The notes beneath the pieces are model-generated. The model was not told where the DNA came from. It made no database searches and saw only the letters and a program-made list of their open reading frames with translations. Positions 1-10,254 of a stretch of DNA of 64,000 nt are shown one piece after another. The DNA lies in contig OZ253375.1 of the NCBI GenBank assembly GCA_965261005.1, positions 1,024,001 to 1,088,000 on the forward strand, written 5' to 3'. The stretch comes from Deinococcus sp. GTDB lineage: Bacteria; Deinococcota; Deinococci; Deinococcales; Deinococcaceae. Position 1 is the stretch's first letter. Each line of letters opens with the position of its first letter. Position numbers and translations under genes: made by a program.

Positions 1-2
1 TG

Positions 3-464
<462 letters not shown>

Positions 465-538
465 AGTCTTTCGCCGGGCAAGTATACTTTTTAAGTCTTT
501 ACAAAGCGTTTGATTCGTCTTACTTAAAGGGGTTATGT

Positions 539-2661
539 GTGGCCGATTACGAGGAGCGCAAGCCGCAAGGTCAGCAAAGGACAGCCGCAGCGCCGCAGAT
601 CGCCTACATCCCCCCGCTGCCGATCCCGGATCAGGCCGCCCTGCACCAAGAGCAACAGCAGCAGACGTTGCAGCGCTATCAGCACTTCTTCGCAACACCG
701 GACCTCGCCCAGCGTTCGAGCGCCGCCCCAGTCCTCGAAGCGGCTCAGGTCCAACGTACCTTGGTTTTACAGCGCCAGCAATCGCAGTTGGCCTTGCAGC
801 GTCAGATTGAGGCGCTGAGCGAGGGGCTGCCTCCTGATGCCCTACAAGCCGCTTTAAGGCGTCAAGCCGAGCAAGCTGGGGTACCGGCTTTGCCCCCCAT
901 CTTCAGCGGGCCGACCAGGTCACAGCCCTCCTACGCTGACCACGCCCAGCGCTACGCCCATGAAGCCGTTTCCTTGCAGCGGCAAGCCGACCAGCACAGC
1001 GGCTTCGTCGCCATGTCCGCTTGGCCGACCATTCAGCAGCGGGCGGCGCAGGACTTGGCGCAGCGCTTCCGAAGCGACCTTGCTACTCAGCGTTACGCCG
1101 AGTTGGGGCGCAGCTTGGCCCTGGTGCAACGCCAGCCGCAAGGGAAACAGGTGGCGCGGGTGGTGCTGCAACGTTTGCCGGCGGGTGAGCGGCCCATGGT
1201 GCAGAGAGCGCTGGACGAGGCTGAACAAGAGCATCAGCAGTACGGAGAACAAGATCGGAAGGCGTTGGAACTGCACGCCCTACAACGGAAGCTGACGGAA
1301 GAAGACGCCCTTGCTCCTGTCACTCTCCCGAGGGGAAGCGGTCAGCCCCTGCCTCTCGCGGTGCAGCGGCGGTTGGCAGTGGGGCTGAACATCCCCGGTG
1401 AGCACTTGCGAACCGTCCGGGTCCACGCCGACCCTGCCGCCCACAGCTTTGCGAAGTCGGTTCAGGCCATCGCCGCCACTACCGGAACGGACATCTTCTT
1501 CCAGCGAGGCAAGCTGGACACCGAGAGCGCCGAGGGGCAAGAGCTGCTGGCCCACGAGGTGACGCACACCTATCAGCAGGCGCAAGGGAAGGTGACGGGC
1601 AAGGGCATTGACCCCGACCCCGCTCTGGAGCAGGAAGCCAGGCTGGCGGGCAAGGCGTTTGCACAGAACGCTTCCGCCAAGAATATCCCGAGCGTTCTCA
1701 AGGCGCCGGTGGCGGACAAGTTCGCCTCCCTCAACACCTCTGCTCGCACCGTGCAGCGTTTGGCCGACGATCAGCAAAAGCACAACGGGGAGACGCAGGC
1801 GAACCGCGAAGCTCAGCCAGAACAGCAGGTCAAGAAGCTGGGCGTCATCAAGCAGGCGGACGGCGCGAACCTGCACGAGGCGCCCAAGGCGGACAGCCAG
1901 AACCTCATCCCGGCGCCGCTGCCCGTTGGAACCAAGCTGTTCGTTCTGAGTCAGACGGCAGACGGCTGGAGCAAGGTCAGCACGCCACAGGGAAAGAGCG
2001 GCTACGTACAAACGCTGCGTGTCACCACCGATCTGCCCGACCCTGGCGCCACCCTTATCCAGGTCGGCGAGGGCATGAGCGCCGTCGGCGTTGCGGAGCG
2101 CTTTTATAAGCCGCTGGTCAAGCCCGGTCAGGACTTGCGCTTTTACGTCAACGTCTTGGAACACGTCAATGCCCAGCGGGGCACCGGCGCTTTTCAAGGC
2201 GGGCAGACGCTCAAAAGTGGGGCGCTGCTGTGGGTGCCAGGGGGCGCGCTGGCCCAATCCTTGGCCGGCCAAGTGGGCAGCGGCAGCATCAGCGGCGGGC
2301 GGTGGGCGCAGGCCAAGGAGACGGTGGGCCATGGTCCCGGTGCCAGCATCCTGCGCTCGGTGTTGGAGTCGCCGCAGTACGCAAAGGAGGTGCTGGGCGA
2401 GGCGTGGGAAGCCGTCAAGGAACACTGGCCCGCCATCCTAGGAACAACCGCCGCCCTGGTCAGCGCCGAACTGCTGGTCGGCGCTTTGGCCGCCGCGCCG
2501 GAACCGACGACCATCACCAAGTTCTTGGCGGTCGGGTTGCAAGGGCTGATCACGGCGGTGGCAGGCGTGGGGGCCATCACGACGGGGGCGGCGGCTTTGA
2601 GGGAAGGCGAGGCGTGGTTGCGTCAGGCGTGGACGGCGCACGGGGACGCCGGCAAGCTGAA
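539..2661 (+). pseudogene. DUF4157 (eCIS core / PVC-type metallopeptidase) polymorphic toxin N-terminus with SH3b and LysM-like domains, truncated by IS
   Basis: GQPLP...VRVHAD...A.TTGTDIFF...GQELLAHEVTHTYQQ (DUF4157, HExxH); GANLHEAP...GWSKVSTPQGKSGYV (SH3b); hydrophobic helices at the end; stop codon lies inside the IS terminal repeat at 2663-2665. Confidence 0.85.
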
Positions 2662-3850
2662 CTGACATATTGCAGTTTAAGGAGCGTGGGTAGGGATGGC
2701 GTCTTGAGCGGCGTCGAGGTCGGCGAGTTCGAGGAGCAGGGCGGCACGGCGCACGTCGGCGAGCAGGGTGAGCCGCAGGGCTTTGGCCAGTTCACCCCAA
2801 TCCGGCCACTCGCCAGGTGGCCGTGGTGGCAAGTCGAGATCGGCCAAGTGACACAGCAGGAAGGCCAAGGTCGAGAGGCACCAAAAGCGGAAGGCGCCCT
2901 GTTTGCTGTGCTGGGCAAAGCGTTCCAAACCGAAACGGCCTTTGATGGTTTTGAAGAACGCCTCGATCTTCCAGCGACGTTTGCCTACACGGGCCAGGTA
3001 GACACCGCCCAGTTTGCAGCTGGACATCACGAAACGCTGTTCGGGCTGCGTGTTGCGGTACAGCCAAACCCAAGAGACGGTCATGTGCTGACGCAGTCCT
3101 TGAGGGGTGACGGTCGAGCCACGCACGGTGAGGTCGGCGACGGTGCGGCCATCTGCGAGCTTGCGGTTTTTGCGCACGCCCACGATCAGATCGAACCCAA
3201 CGTCGAGGACACCGTGGATGAAGGTGGCACACTCGAAGCCGCCGTCGGCATGCACGCGCGCCTTTCGACCGCTGCTGAGCAACCCCTTGGGAACGCTGCG
3301 GAGCAGTTTAAGGGCCAGCACGGCGGGTGAGGGGGTGCCTTTACCGCGCCAGACCTGGACGGCCCAGGGCAAGCGGAGCGGACCACAGCAGAGGTAGAGG
3401 ACGACCAGATGAACGCCGTGGACGCCGTTGTAGACGTGCATCCAGTCATCCAACTGCTCAAAGTGGCCGGTCTTTTCCAAGCTGGTGAGGTCGATCAAGA
3501 GTTCGAGGCGGGGACGCTGGTGGGGAGCTGAGCGCCAGAAGTCGAGGAGCGTTTGCTGAGCGTGGTGACGCAGGGCGCGAACGAGGGAGCGGGTGGACCA
3601 GCCGTAGTGGTTGAGAAACCGGCTGATGGCAGCGGGAGACTTGACGGTGGCTTGACTGGGGAATGGTCGGCCCTTGGCTTCGAGGAGCAAGTCGAGGAAG
3701 ACGCGCAACGAGTCGCGGTGCTGCTTACGAGCGAAGCTCTTGAGGATGTCAGAATAGAGTTGTCTGGAACGTGCTTCTTTTGGATTCACACCCCAGCTTG
3801 GGGCCAAAACCGCGTTCCAGACAACCCCTATGAAATCTGCAACATGTCAG
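2662..3850 (-). mobile_element. IS element copy 1 (DDE transposase, IS701/IS4-like), 1189 bp
   Basis: 14-bp TIRs CTGACATATTGCAG / CTGCAACATGTCAG (1 mismatch); inverted copy at 12217-13405. Confidence 0.95.
2677..3807 (-). CDS. DDE transposase
   Basis: IDLTSLEK, HADGGF, RWKIEAFFKTIK motifs; protein identical to 12260-13390. Confidence 0.93.
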   Translation of the reverse strand: MAPSWGVNPKEARSRQLYSDILKSFARKQHRDSLRVFLDLLLEAKGRPFPSQATVKSPAAISRFLNHYGWSTRSLVRALRHHAQQTLLDFWRSAPHQRPRLELLIDLTSLEKTGHFEQLDDWMHVYNGVHGVHLVVLYLCCGPLRLPWAVQVWRGKGTPSPAVLALKLLRSVPKGLLSSGRKARVHADGGFECATFIHGVLDVGFDLIVGVRKNRKLADGRTVADLTVRGSTVTPQGLRQHMTVSWVWLYRNTQPEQRFVMSSCKLGGVYLARVGKRRWKIEAFFKTIKGRFGLERFAQHSKQGAFRFWCLSTLAFLLCHLADLDLPPRPPGEWPDWGELAKALRLTLLADVRRAALLLELADLDAAQDAIPTHAP

Positions 3851-4193
3851 TTAATCCACGCCGCCACGCCCGAAAAGGTCAGCCCCGCTTAGCCCCGCGT
3901 CATGTGCCAGGCGCTCCTCCAGGCCGCTGCGCTGCCCCGGCAGCACTATAAAAAAGCCGCGCTTCTCCAATTCGTCCGCCGTGGTGACCGTCGGACAAAT
4001 ATGCCGCCGCTGCCGGCGGCCAGCACGACAGCCCGGCGTCTTGAGTGGCATGACACGCCGGAACACGGCGCATGACTTGGGAGTACCGTGACGAGCTGGG
4101 AAAATCCAGCTCTCTGCTGAAGATGAACGTGTGAAGCTTCGACGGCTCCCTCCAGTAGGCGGCGTTAGGTGTTTGCCGAAGAGCGGCGCAGGC

Positions 4194-5111
4194 TCACGGA
4201 ATGAGCACGATTTTGCCGTGGGTGTGACGCTTTTCCAGCTCGCGGTAAGCCTGGCGCACCTCTGAAAGCGGATACGTCGCGGCAATGGGAAGAACCACCT
4301 CGCCGCCCGCCACCATCGCGGCGATTTCGGAGACAATCGGCGAACTGCTCGCTTGGGCGCTGGCCTCCGCCTTGACCCCGAGTCGCTGGGCGGCCTCAAA
4401 ATCGGCGATGGTGTTGACACGCTCGGGGCTGATCCCCAGGTCAATCGCCACTTGGCAATAGCCGTCGCCGAAGCAGTCAATAAAGGCGTCAATCCCTTGT
4501 GGGGCGGCCTCACGCAGCCGCTCGGCCAACCCGTCGCCGTGCGCCACCGGGGTTACTCCCACCGAGCGCAGCCACTCAAAGTTGGCCGCCGAGGCGACGC
4601 CGATGACGTTCACCTCAAGCCGGCGCAGCATCTGCACCACCACGCTGCCGACGCCGCCCGCCGCCGCCGAGACGGCCACCGTGTCGCCTTGTTTGGCATC
4701 TACGGCCCGCACCGCCGCGTACGCCGTCGTGCCCACCACGTACAGCGAGCCGGCCACCTCCCAAGACAATTCAGGGGGCTTCGGAATCACCTGATCGGCG
4801 CTCAGCGCGACCTGCTCGGCTTGGCTGGCATGTTGCAAACCCCAGCACACCACCTCGTCGCCGACGGCCACCGTGTTCACGCCCTCGCCCACCGCCGAGA
4901 CGACACCTGCGCAGTCCCAGCCCTGGCCGGAAGGGAAGGTTAAGGGAAAGGCTTCGCGCATCCGGCCGCCGCGGATGACGGATTCGCCGATGTTAATTCC
5001 GGCGGCGCGGACATCGACGACCACCTGCCCTGGCCCCGCGGTGGGGGCGGAAAGATCGCCGATGTAAAGGACATCAATGTCGCCGTACCGATCAAATTGA
5101 ACTGCCTGCAT
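4194..5111 (-). CDS. NADP-dependent oxidoreductase, MDR/quinone oxidoreductase-like
   Basis: MQAVQFDRYG start, AAGGVG nucleotide-binding motif, HTHGKIVL end. Confidence 0.9.
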   Translation of the reverse strand: MQAVQFDRYGDIDVLYIGDLSAPTAGPGQVVVDVRAAGINIGESVIRGGRMREAFPLTFPSGQGWDCAGVVSAVGEGVNTVAVGDEVVCWGLQHASQAEQVALSADQVIPKPPELSWEVAGSLYVVGTTAYAAVRAVDAKQGDTVAVSAAAGGVGSVVVQMLRRLEVNVIGVASAANFEWLRSVGVTPVAHGDGLAERLREAAPQGIDAFIDCFGDGYCQVAIDLGISPERVNTIADFEAAQRLGVKAEASAQASSSPIVSEIAAMVAGGEVVLPIAATYPLSEVRQAYRELEKRHTHGKIVLIP

Positions 5112-5126
5112 ACTGACCCCTTTCGA

Positions 5127-5178
5127 TGATGTCATCATCTGTCATCAGGGTAGCACATGATGTCGCCCCCTGTCATCA
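5127..5178. promoter_or_regulatory. Two imperfect palindromes TGATGTC(A/G)-N5-TGTCATCA, probable TetR operators
   Basis: 21-bp sites at 5127-5147 and 5158-5178 between the divergent oxidoreductase and TetR genes. Confidence 0.7.
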
Positions 5179-5207
5179 CCTGGCTTGACATGATGTAAGC
5201 TGCGAAG

Positions 5208-5771
5208 ATGGGACGCTGGAAATCTGGGGCGCGGGGCCGTTTGGAGCAGGCGGCGCTGGATCTCTACAGCGAGCGCGGCTTTGAACACACCACGGTGGCC
5301 GAGATCGCGGCGCGTGCGGGCCTGACAGACCGGACCTTCTTCCGCCACTTCGCCGATAAACGTGAAGTGCTCTTCGGCAGTGCCGGCTACTTGCAGGCGT
5401 TTTTGGTGGGCAAGGTTGCCGAGGCCCCGGAAAGCGCAGCGCCGATGGACGCCGTGATGGCGGCGCTCGGCGCGGCAGACGAGTTATTCCCAGAAAACCG
5501 TGAACTCGCTCGTCAACGCCAACGCATCATCGCCGCGAACGTCGAGTTTCAGGAGCGCGAGCTGCTCAAACTCGCCTCGCTCTCCGCCGCGCTGGCCGCC
5601 GAGTTGCGAAGCCGAGGTACTCCGGATCCGGCGGCCACGCTGATCGCCGAAACTGGAATTGCCCTCTTCAAAGTCGCGTTCGAGCGCTGGATAGACGAGA
5701 CAAATCAGCAGGACTTCGCGCAGTTGATTCGGGGCGCGCTGGATGAGCTGAGGACCGCCACTGCCGGGTGA
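5208..5771 (+). CDS. TetR family regulator
   Basis: N-terminal HTH GFEHTTVAEIAARAGLTDRTFFRHFADK; TAAGCT 6 nt before ATG (leaderless). Confidence 0.93.
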   Translation: MGRWKSGARGRLEQAALDLYSERGFEHTTVAEIAARAGLTDRTFFRHFADKREVLFGSAGYLQAFLVGKVAEAPESAAPMDAVMAALGAADELFPENRELARQRQRIIAANVEFQERELLKLASLSAALAAELRSRGTPDPAATLIAETGIALFKVAFERWIDETNQQDFAQLIRGALDELRTATAG

Positions 5772-5880
5772 TACGGATTCCGCTTCCTGCGTTAGAACGT
5801 CGTTTTGCGGCGGACGAACTCTCAGCGCCTTGAGAATGGCTGTCAACAGTGTAAAGGCTGTTTCCTGATACGGATTCCGG
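5769..5880. repeat. Two TGATACGGATTCCG motifs, ends of a Deinococcus-type small repeat
   Basis: Motif at 5769 (overlapping TetR stop) and 5866; same motif bounds the element at 45786-45986. Confidence 0.6.
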
Positions 5881-6109
5881 AAATTGAGTCAACGAAGTAG
5901 ATTCAATCTCTAGTGGAGTGGATAGGAGAAGGATATGGATTCCATGATTTTAAGCAATGCCGGGCGCTATTAGTGGTATTGAGGAAGCAAGAAAAATCCG
6001 TATAACTTGTCAATTTGCCTCTTAAAAATATGAGAGTAGCTTTGGTATGGCTGCTAATGTATCTGTACTAGCGCCCTTTCGGTTAACTAAGTATGCCGCA
6101 ATCTAACGG

Positions 6110-6358
6110 CTAAGATGACAGAAAGGCAGCATCGGTGAAATTACGCGCGTCGAACCGCTGTTCAAACAACTGCAATGCTTCTTCGGTCAGCGGTGGAGAA
6201 CAAAGAACATCCACATATCCATCTCCGCTCTCTTGAAGTTTAAATTGTGTGCCGCTTGGTAACATGTGACGAAGCTCTTCTACCAACCACGACGCACTTT
6301 CGACTCGCTCAACGGTACAAATTTGCTGCCAGGAACCAAAATCTGTATGATCGGTCAT
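6110..6358 (-). CDS. Small acidic protein, candidate immunity protein (82 aa, MTDHTDFG...)
   Basis: AT-rich ORF just downstream of a putative toxin-tip remnant; AGGA upstream. Confidence 0.5.
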   Translation of the reverse strand: MTDHTDFGSWQQICTVERVESASWLVEELRHMLPSGTQFKLQESGDGYVDVLCSPPLTEEALQLFEQRFDARNFTDAAFLSS

Positions 6359-6371
6359 TTTAACATACGTC

Positions 6372-6488
6372 CTATAGAATCGTGATAGTTGGAGGAGTAG
6401 TGTAGCTACCTGTGCTGTGGTTAAATCCGGTTCCATCTGGGAAGTGCTGGATGACCTTCCAACGTCCTGTAGCTGGATCCTGAATGTT
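6372..6488 (-). pseudogene. Putative toxin C-terminal remnant NIQDPATGRWKVIQHFPDGTGFNHSTGSYTTPPTITIL*, cut by IS1
   Basis: Open frame from the IS1 boundary to TAG at 6372-6374, not in the ORF track; toxin-then-immunity layout. Confidence 0.4.
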
Positions 6489-6503
6489 CGGGTAGTGGCT
6501 GCA

Positions 6504-7210
6504 TCAAGGTGAGGCGTGATAGTCGGAGATGAAGAGGGCGAGGGCAGCATGGAGGCAAGGAAGGGACTTTGAGAAGGAGAGCGTTGTGCGGACCAGGCGG
6601 CCCAGCCGTTGGCGCAGGGTGTTGTTGAAGCGCTCAATGTGCGTCGTGAACGCTTTCCCGATCAGCCGATGCGTCCCCAGCAGCGGTTCATTGTAGGCGT
6701 CCCACTCGTCGGTACAGAAGGTCGCCTTCAGCCGCTGTTCGTACGTCAGCGGCAAGGCGTCCCACAGCTTGAAGGCCGTCTCCTGGCTGCGATCTCCGAC
6801 AACCCAGCCCAGAATCCGGCGCGTCGTGCGTTCCAACGCGAACCACAACCACACCGGCTGCTGCTTGCTCCCAACAAAACTCCACACCTCGTCCAGCTCG
6901 ATCACCAGTTCCTCAGGAGCCAGCCCTTCGGGAACAGGCGCAATGGTGCTCAGCTGCTCGGCTTTTTTTTAAGCCAGCGGATGACCGTGTTGCGGTGGAT
7001 GCCGAACTGCCGCTCGACGCCTCGGATACTCGAACGCTCGGCAAGCGCCGTGAACACCTGCTGCCTGACCTCTTCGCTGTGCGCCACCGGAACAGCACCG
7101 GGACGAAAACGGCGGCCACACGCTTTACACAAGTACGTCTGCTCGCCTGCGGCGCTCTTCCCGTTCCTCACCACCCGCTCGCTTCCACAGTGCGGACAAC
7201 TCAACTTCAT
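6504..7210 (-). CDS. IS1 transposase InsAB (programmed -1 frameshift)
   Basis: CPHC...CKAC and HTH in 6950-7210; [13 protein letters not shown]...[17 protein letters not shown] in 6504-6905; A8G slippery run at 6962-6970. Confidence 0.9.
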
Positions 7211-7219
7211 CCGCTTAAT

Positions 7220-8110
7220 AGACCTCTTGCGAAAGTCAGGAGGGTTGGGCGCGGGTAAGGTTACAGAGGGCGGCGATGAGCTGAACCCGAAGGGCAAAGC
7301 GACGCCGCCGATGTCGGTAGACGCCCTTGAGCACCCGAAAGACCTTCATGCGACGGATGACGTGTTCGATTCCTTGGCGGGTATAGGCCAGCACCCGGTT
7401 TTCTCGACGCTGCTCTTTGGTCAACGGCTTGGACTTGGTCGCCTTATGCGTGGTGATGGCGTGCCCGTGGCTTCTCCACAAACCCTGATACCCCGCATCC
7501 CCGATCAGGGCCGTGTCATGAGGAAACCGTACCCCAGACTGCCGAAACAGCTTGAGATCATGGATGGCTCCAGCACTCGTCGCCGTGCCCAGGATGTGCT
7601 GAGTCACGGTACAGATCAGGACTTGGAACTTCAAGGTGTGCCGCTTCTTCTTGCCGCTGTACCAGCGGCGCTGCTTTTTTTGGGTCGTTCACACGGCACT
7701 TCGGACGCATCGACGGCCACGATGCTGTAGACCGTCTGCGCTTGCTGGAACACGCGCTTTCTAGGCATCTGGAACTGCTGGCTGGCGATCAGGGCTTCTT
7801 CGACACGTTCCACCGTGCGGTGCACCGTGGTCTCATGGACGCCCCAGTCGTCACCCAGGTGCGCGAAGGTGCGGTACTCGCGCCAGAATTCCAGTGTCAT
7901 CAGAAGTTGTTCAGCCACCCTGAGCGCGGCTGGACGACCAGATTTCTTCTTCTGTCCTTCTCGCTCGATCAGCACCGCTTCCATCTGGGCGAAGGTTTCG
8001 GGATACACCCCGGTGCGTCGGCGGAACTGCTTGCGGTTCATCTTCAGTGTCCGTCTCAGGCGATCTCGCTCCACCCCTTGAGCTTAACCCACGACTTTCG
8101 CAAGAGGTCT
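7220..8110 (-). mobile_element. IS5-family (ISL2/IS702-like) element, 891 bp
   Basis: Perfect 18-bp TIR AGACCTCTTGCGAAAGTC; AAT duplicated at 7217-7219 and 8111-8113. Confidence 0.9.
7236..8074 (-). CDS. IS5-family transposase split in two frames (-1 frameshift at A7G, 7674-7681)
   Basis: HTH ORF 7631-8074 with VDASE; second frame with GDAGYQG and IEHVIRRMK. Confidence 0.88.
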
Positions 8111-8205
8111 AATGTATCACGCTAGAACAGCCACTACCGAACTATCGACTCCGACGGCCTTCCTTCGCTCAAATAAATTTTGTCCGGCTCTCAACTGAAC
8201 GAGGT

Positions 8206-8507
8206 CTACTGTAGTACCTCACGCACAAAGTTTGTGAACAAACTTGGGTCGTCCTTGACGTTCCTCCAGCTATACCCATAATGCTGCATATGACGTTCCA
8301 ACTGCGATAAAAAATCATTAATAACCTTGTTCAGCCTCTGGATATCAGCATCATTGATTTGCTCATATCTAATTTCGAAGCCTTGAGTTAGCAAAAGCGT
8401 ACGCGTCCGTTGAAGTACAGTTTCGTTGGAGGGAAGTCCAGGCTCAGTCAGCAGCTGGCCGACTGACCTTTGAAAAATGCTTAAGAAGAGCTGGTATGCC
8501 TGGGCAG
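8206..8507 (-). pseudogene. Candidate immunity protein, N-terminally truncated by IS; paralog of 11167-11484
   Basis: Frame open up to the [21 protein letters not shown]...INDADIQRLNKVINDFL aligns with DAVGLFRGVFKAAIDRLI...ITYEEVELFEDVMNDYL. Confidence 0.6.
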
Positions 8508-9779
8508 CTGAGGGCCTGACAGAAAGTATGAGAAAGCGTCCCCGCTGTGGGACACTTTCTGTTTGTGAAGACCGAAAATGCCAGCGGGGACGCTGCCCGA
8601 CTCTATCAAGCTGTTCTCGCTCAGCTCCAGACTGCTCTCTGGAACGACATCCGCAATGCGCGTACCCTCGCTTGGATGGTCAGCGGCCTGCTGCTCTCCC
8701 AGCGCAGCTCTATCCCCGCTTGGCTCCCTCACATCCACTCTCGTGCCACCTTCGCGCAAAGCAGCGAACGCCGAGTTCGTCGGTGGCTGGAGAATCCAGC
8801 CGTTGATCCCACCAGTGTTTACGGTCCGCTGATCACCCGTGCCCTCCGCGACTGGGGCAGACATCCCCTGATCCTGGCCCTGGATACCAGCGTCCTGTTC
8901 GAGAAGTTTTGCCTGATCCGCGTCTCGGTGCTCTTTCGGGGACGAGCAGTTCCGCTGGTCTCGCGTGTCCTTGAACATTCCAGCGCCCAGGTCAGCACCG
9001 CCCACCTGCTCCCCGTGCTGGCCGAAGTCAAGGGGATGCTCGACTTCCTTGGCCTACATCAAGTTCGCCTGCTGGCCGATCGAGGGTTCTGCGATACGGA
9101 ACTGATGGCGTGGCTCCGAGTCTGCGGCTGGCATTACCGCATCCGCATCAAATCGAGCTTGATTCTGGCTGCTCCAGATGGACAGCGGTTGTGCAAGGTG
9201 GGTGAGGTGCGACTTTCGCCCAGAGAGACCCGTTGCTTTCACAACATCACCTTGACTGGACAGCACTTCGGTTCCGTTCACGTCGCTCTGGGCCGTCCGA
9301 CAGACGGCCTAGAGCAGTGGCAGGTGGTGAGTGACGAACCGACGAGCGTGAAGACGTTTACCGAGTACGGCGCACGCTTCCAGATCGAAGAGGGGTTTCT
9401 GGACGAGAAAAGCGGCCTCTTCGATCTGGAAGATGCCAAACTTCGCGATGTGGCCAGCCTGGAGCGGCTGGTCTTGGTCATCTCGGTCGCTACGCTTCTG
9501 CTCGTCTCGGAGGGACTTCAGACCGTACACAGCGGCGCTCGCCGAGTGGTTGATCCCCACTGGCAGCGGGGATTGAGCTATCTCAAAATCGGTCTACGGG
9601 CCGTTCAGTACGCCCTCAGCCGGGGTCAGGCGGTGTTCACCCGCCTGATCCTCCAGGGTGGCCCTGACCCTGAACCGCTGGGGACTCGAAAGCGCCCTCG
9701 TCCTACCCCACTGACCACGCTCGAAGTCGGCTGGAAGCTCGTTTTTCGCTCACCCTCATAAAATCTGTCAGGCCGTCAG
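8508..9779 (+). mobile_element. IS4-family element
   Basis: TIRs CTGAGGGCCTGACAGA / TCTGTCAGGCCGTCAG; no TSD. Confidence 0.9.
8547..9761 (+). CDS. IS4-family transposase
   Basis: [27 protein letters not shown] (YREK-type) motifs. Confidence 0.92.
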   Translation: MGHFLFVKTENASGDAARLYQAVLAQLQTALWNDIRNARTLAWMVSGLLLSQRSSIPAWLPHIHSRATFAQSSERRVRRWLENPAVDPTSVYGPLITRALRDWGRHPLILALDTSVLFEKFCLIRVSVLFRGRAVPLVSRVLEHSSAQVSTAHLLPVLAEVKGMLDFLGLHQVRLLADRGFCDTELMAWLRVCGWHYRIRIKSSLILAAPDGQRLCKVGEVRLSPRETRCFHNITLTGQHFGSVHVALGRPTDGLEQWQVVSDEPTSVKTFTEYGARFQIEEGFLDEKSGLFDLEDAKLRDVASLERLVLVISVATLLLVSEGLQTVHSGARRVVDPHWQRGLSYLKIGLRAVQYALSRGQAVFTRLILQGGPDPEPLGTRKRPRPTPLTTLEVGWKLVFRSPS

Positions 9780-9970
9780 GGTGGGACCGTCAATATCACC
9801 CATGAACTGAAGTGCGCCGCCTTTGCCCGCCGTTGGGTAAGCCGCCGTTGTCAGCTCGTAGTTGGCTAACCCTGGTCTGTTACCGCTGGGGCGGGGTACA
9901 CCCCAAGTTGCCAGCTCGCTCTTTGGAATTCTGAACATGACCTCGGGAAGGCCGTCGGTATAGCCGTACC
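9780..9970 (-). pseudogene. Internal fragment of a toxin tip paralogous to 11481-12216
   Basis: GLPEVMFRIPKSEL...VPRPSGN...YELTTAAYPTAGKGGALQFMG versus GNPDIVIAIPRSML...VPRPTGN...WEFTTSAYPEAGKGGLLQFMG. Confidence 0.8.
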
Positions 9971-10049
9971 GGCGCCCTTCCACCAGCTCCTTCACACCCG
10001 CTGGACCACCCACCACCACGCCCACCCATGATTTCTGTCAGGCCGTCAG
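9970..10049 (+). mobile_element. Right-end remnant of a second IS4-like element
   Basis: TCTGTCAGGCCGTCAG terminus identical to 9764-9779, 18 nt after a stop as in the intact copy; left boundary approximate. Confidence 0.7.
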
Positions 10050-10053
10050 GGGT

Positions 10054-10254
10054 CTATTGAACCGAATTATCTTCGTTATCCAGTCCGACTGGAAAACTGT
10101 ATTTGTCCGGCTGTGCCCCCAAGCGCGCAAGCTGACGAGCAAGTACACGCTGCTCCTCCTGAGGATCGTCCGCGAGTACCTCAAGAATATTATCGCCTAC
10201 TTCATAGACGTTGATCTTATGACCTTCGCTGATATACGAGCGCACCATTTTCAT
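10054..10254 (-). CDS. 66-aa acidic protein, candidate immunity for the ADP-ribosyltransferase
   Basis: ATGA overlap with ART stop; GGAGG RBS. Confidence 0.6.
   Translation of the reverse strand: MKMVRSYISEGHKINVYEVGDNILEVLADDPQEEQRVLARQLARLGAQPDKYSFPVGLDNEDNSVQ

Larger units (their letters stand above)
6491..8138 (-). mobile_element. IS1-family element (about 754 bp net) carrying a nested IS5-family element
   Basis: TIRs GGTAGTGGCTG / CAGCCACTACC; InsA-like zinc-finger ORF plus InsB-like ORF; no matching TSD. Confidence 0.9.

Noticed and set aside
3851..4190. ORFs 3851-4513 and 3553-3951
   Set aside because: Overlap real genes or the IS and show no recognisable motifs
5881..6109. AT-rich stretch as a further cassette gene
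   Set aside because: Stops in the frames examined; cannot be assigned
6110..6637. 175-aa ORF
   Set aside because: N-terminus comes from IS1 sequence; the likely gene starts at 6358
9768..10025. 85-aa ORF as a real gene
   Set aside because: Chimera of antisense IS-end remnant, toxin fragment and IS4 terminal repeat
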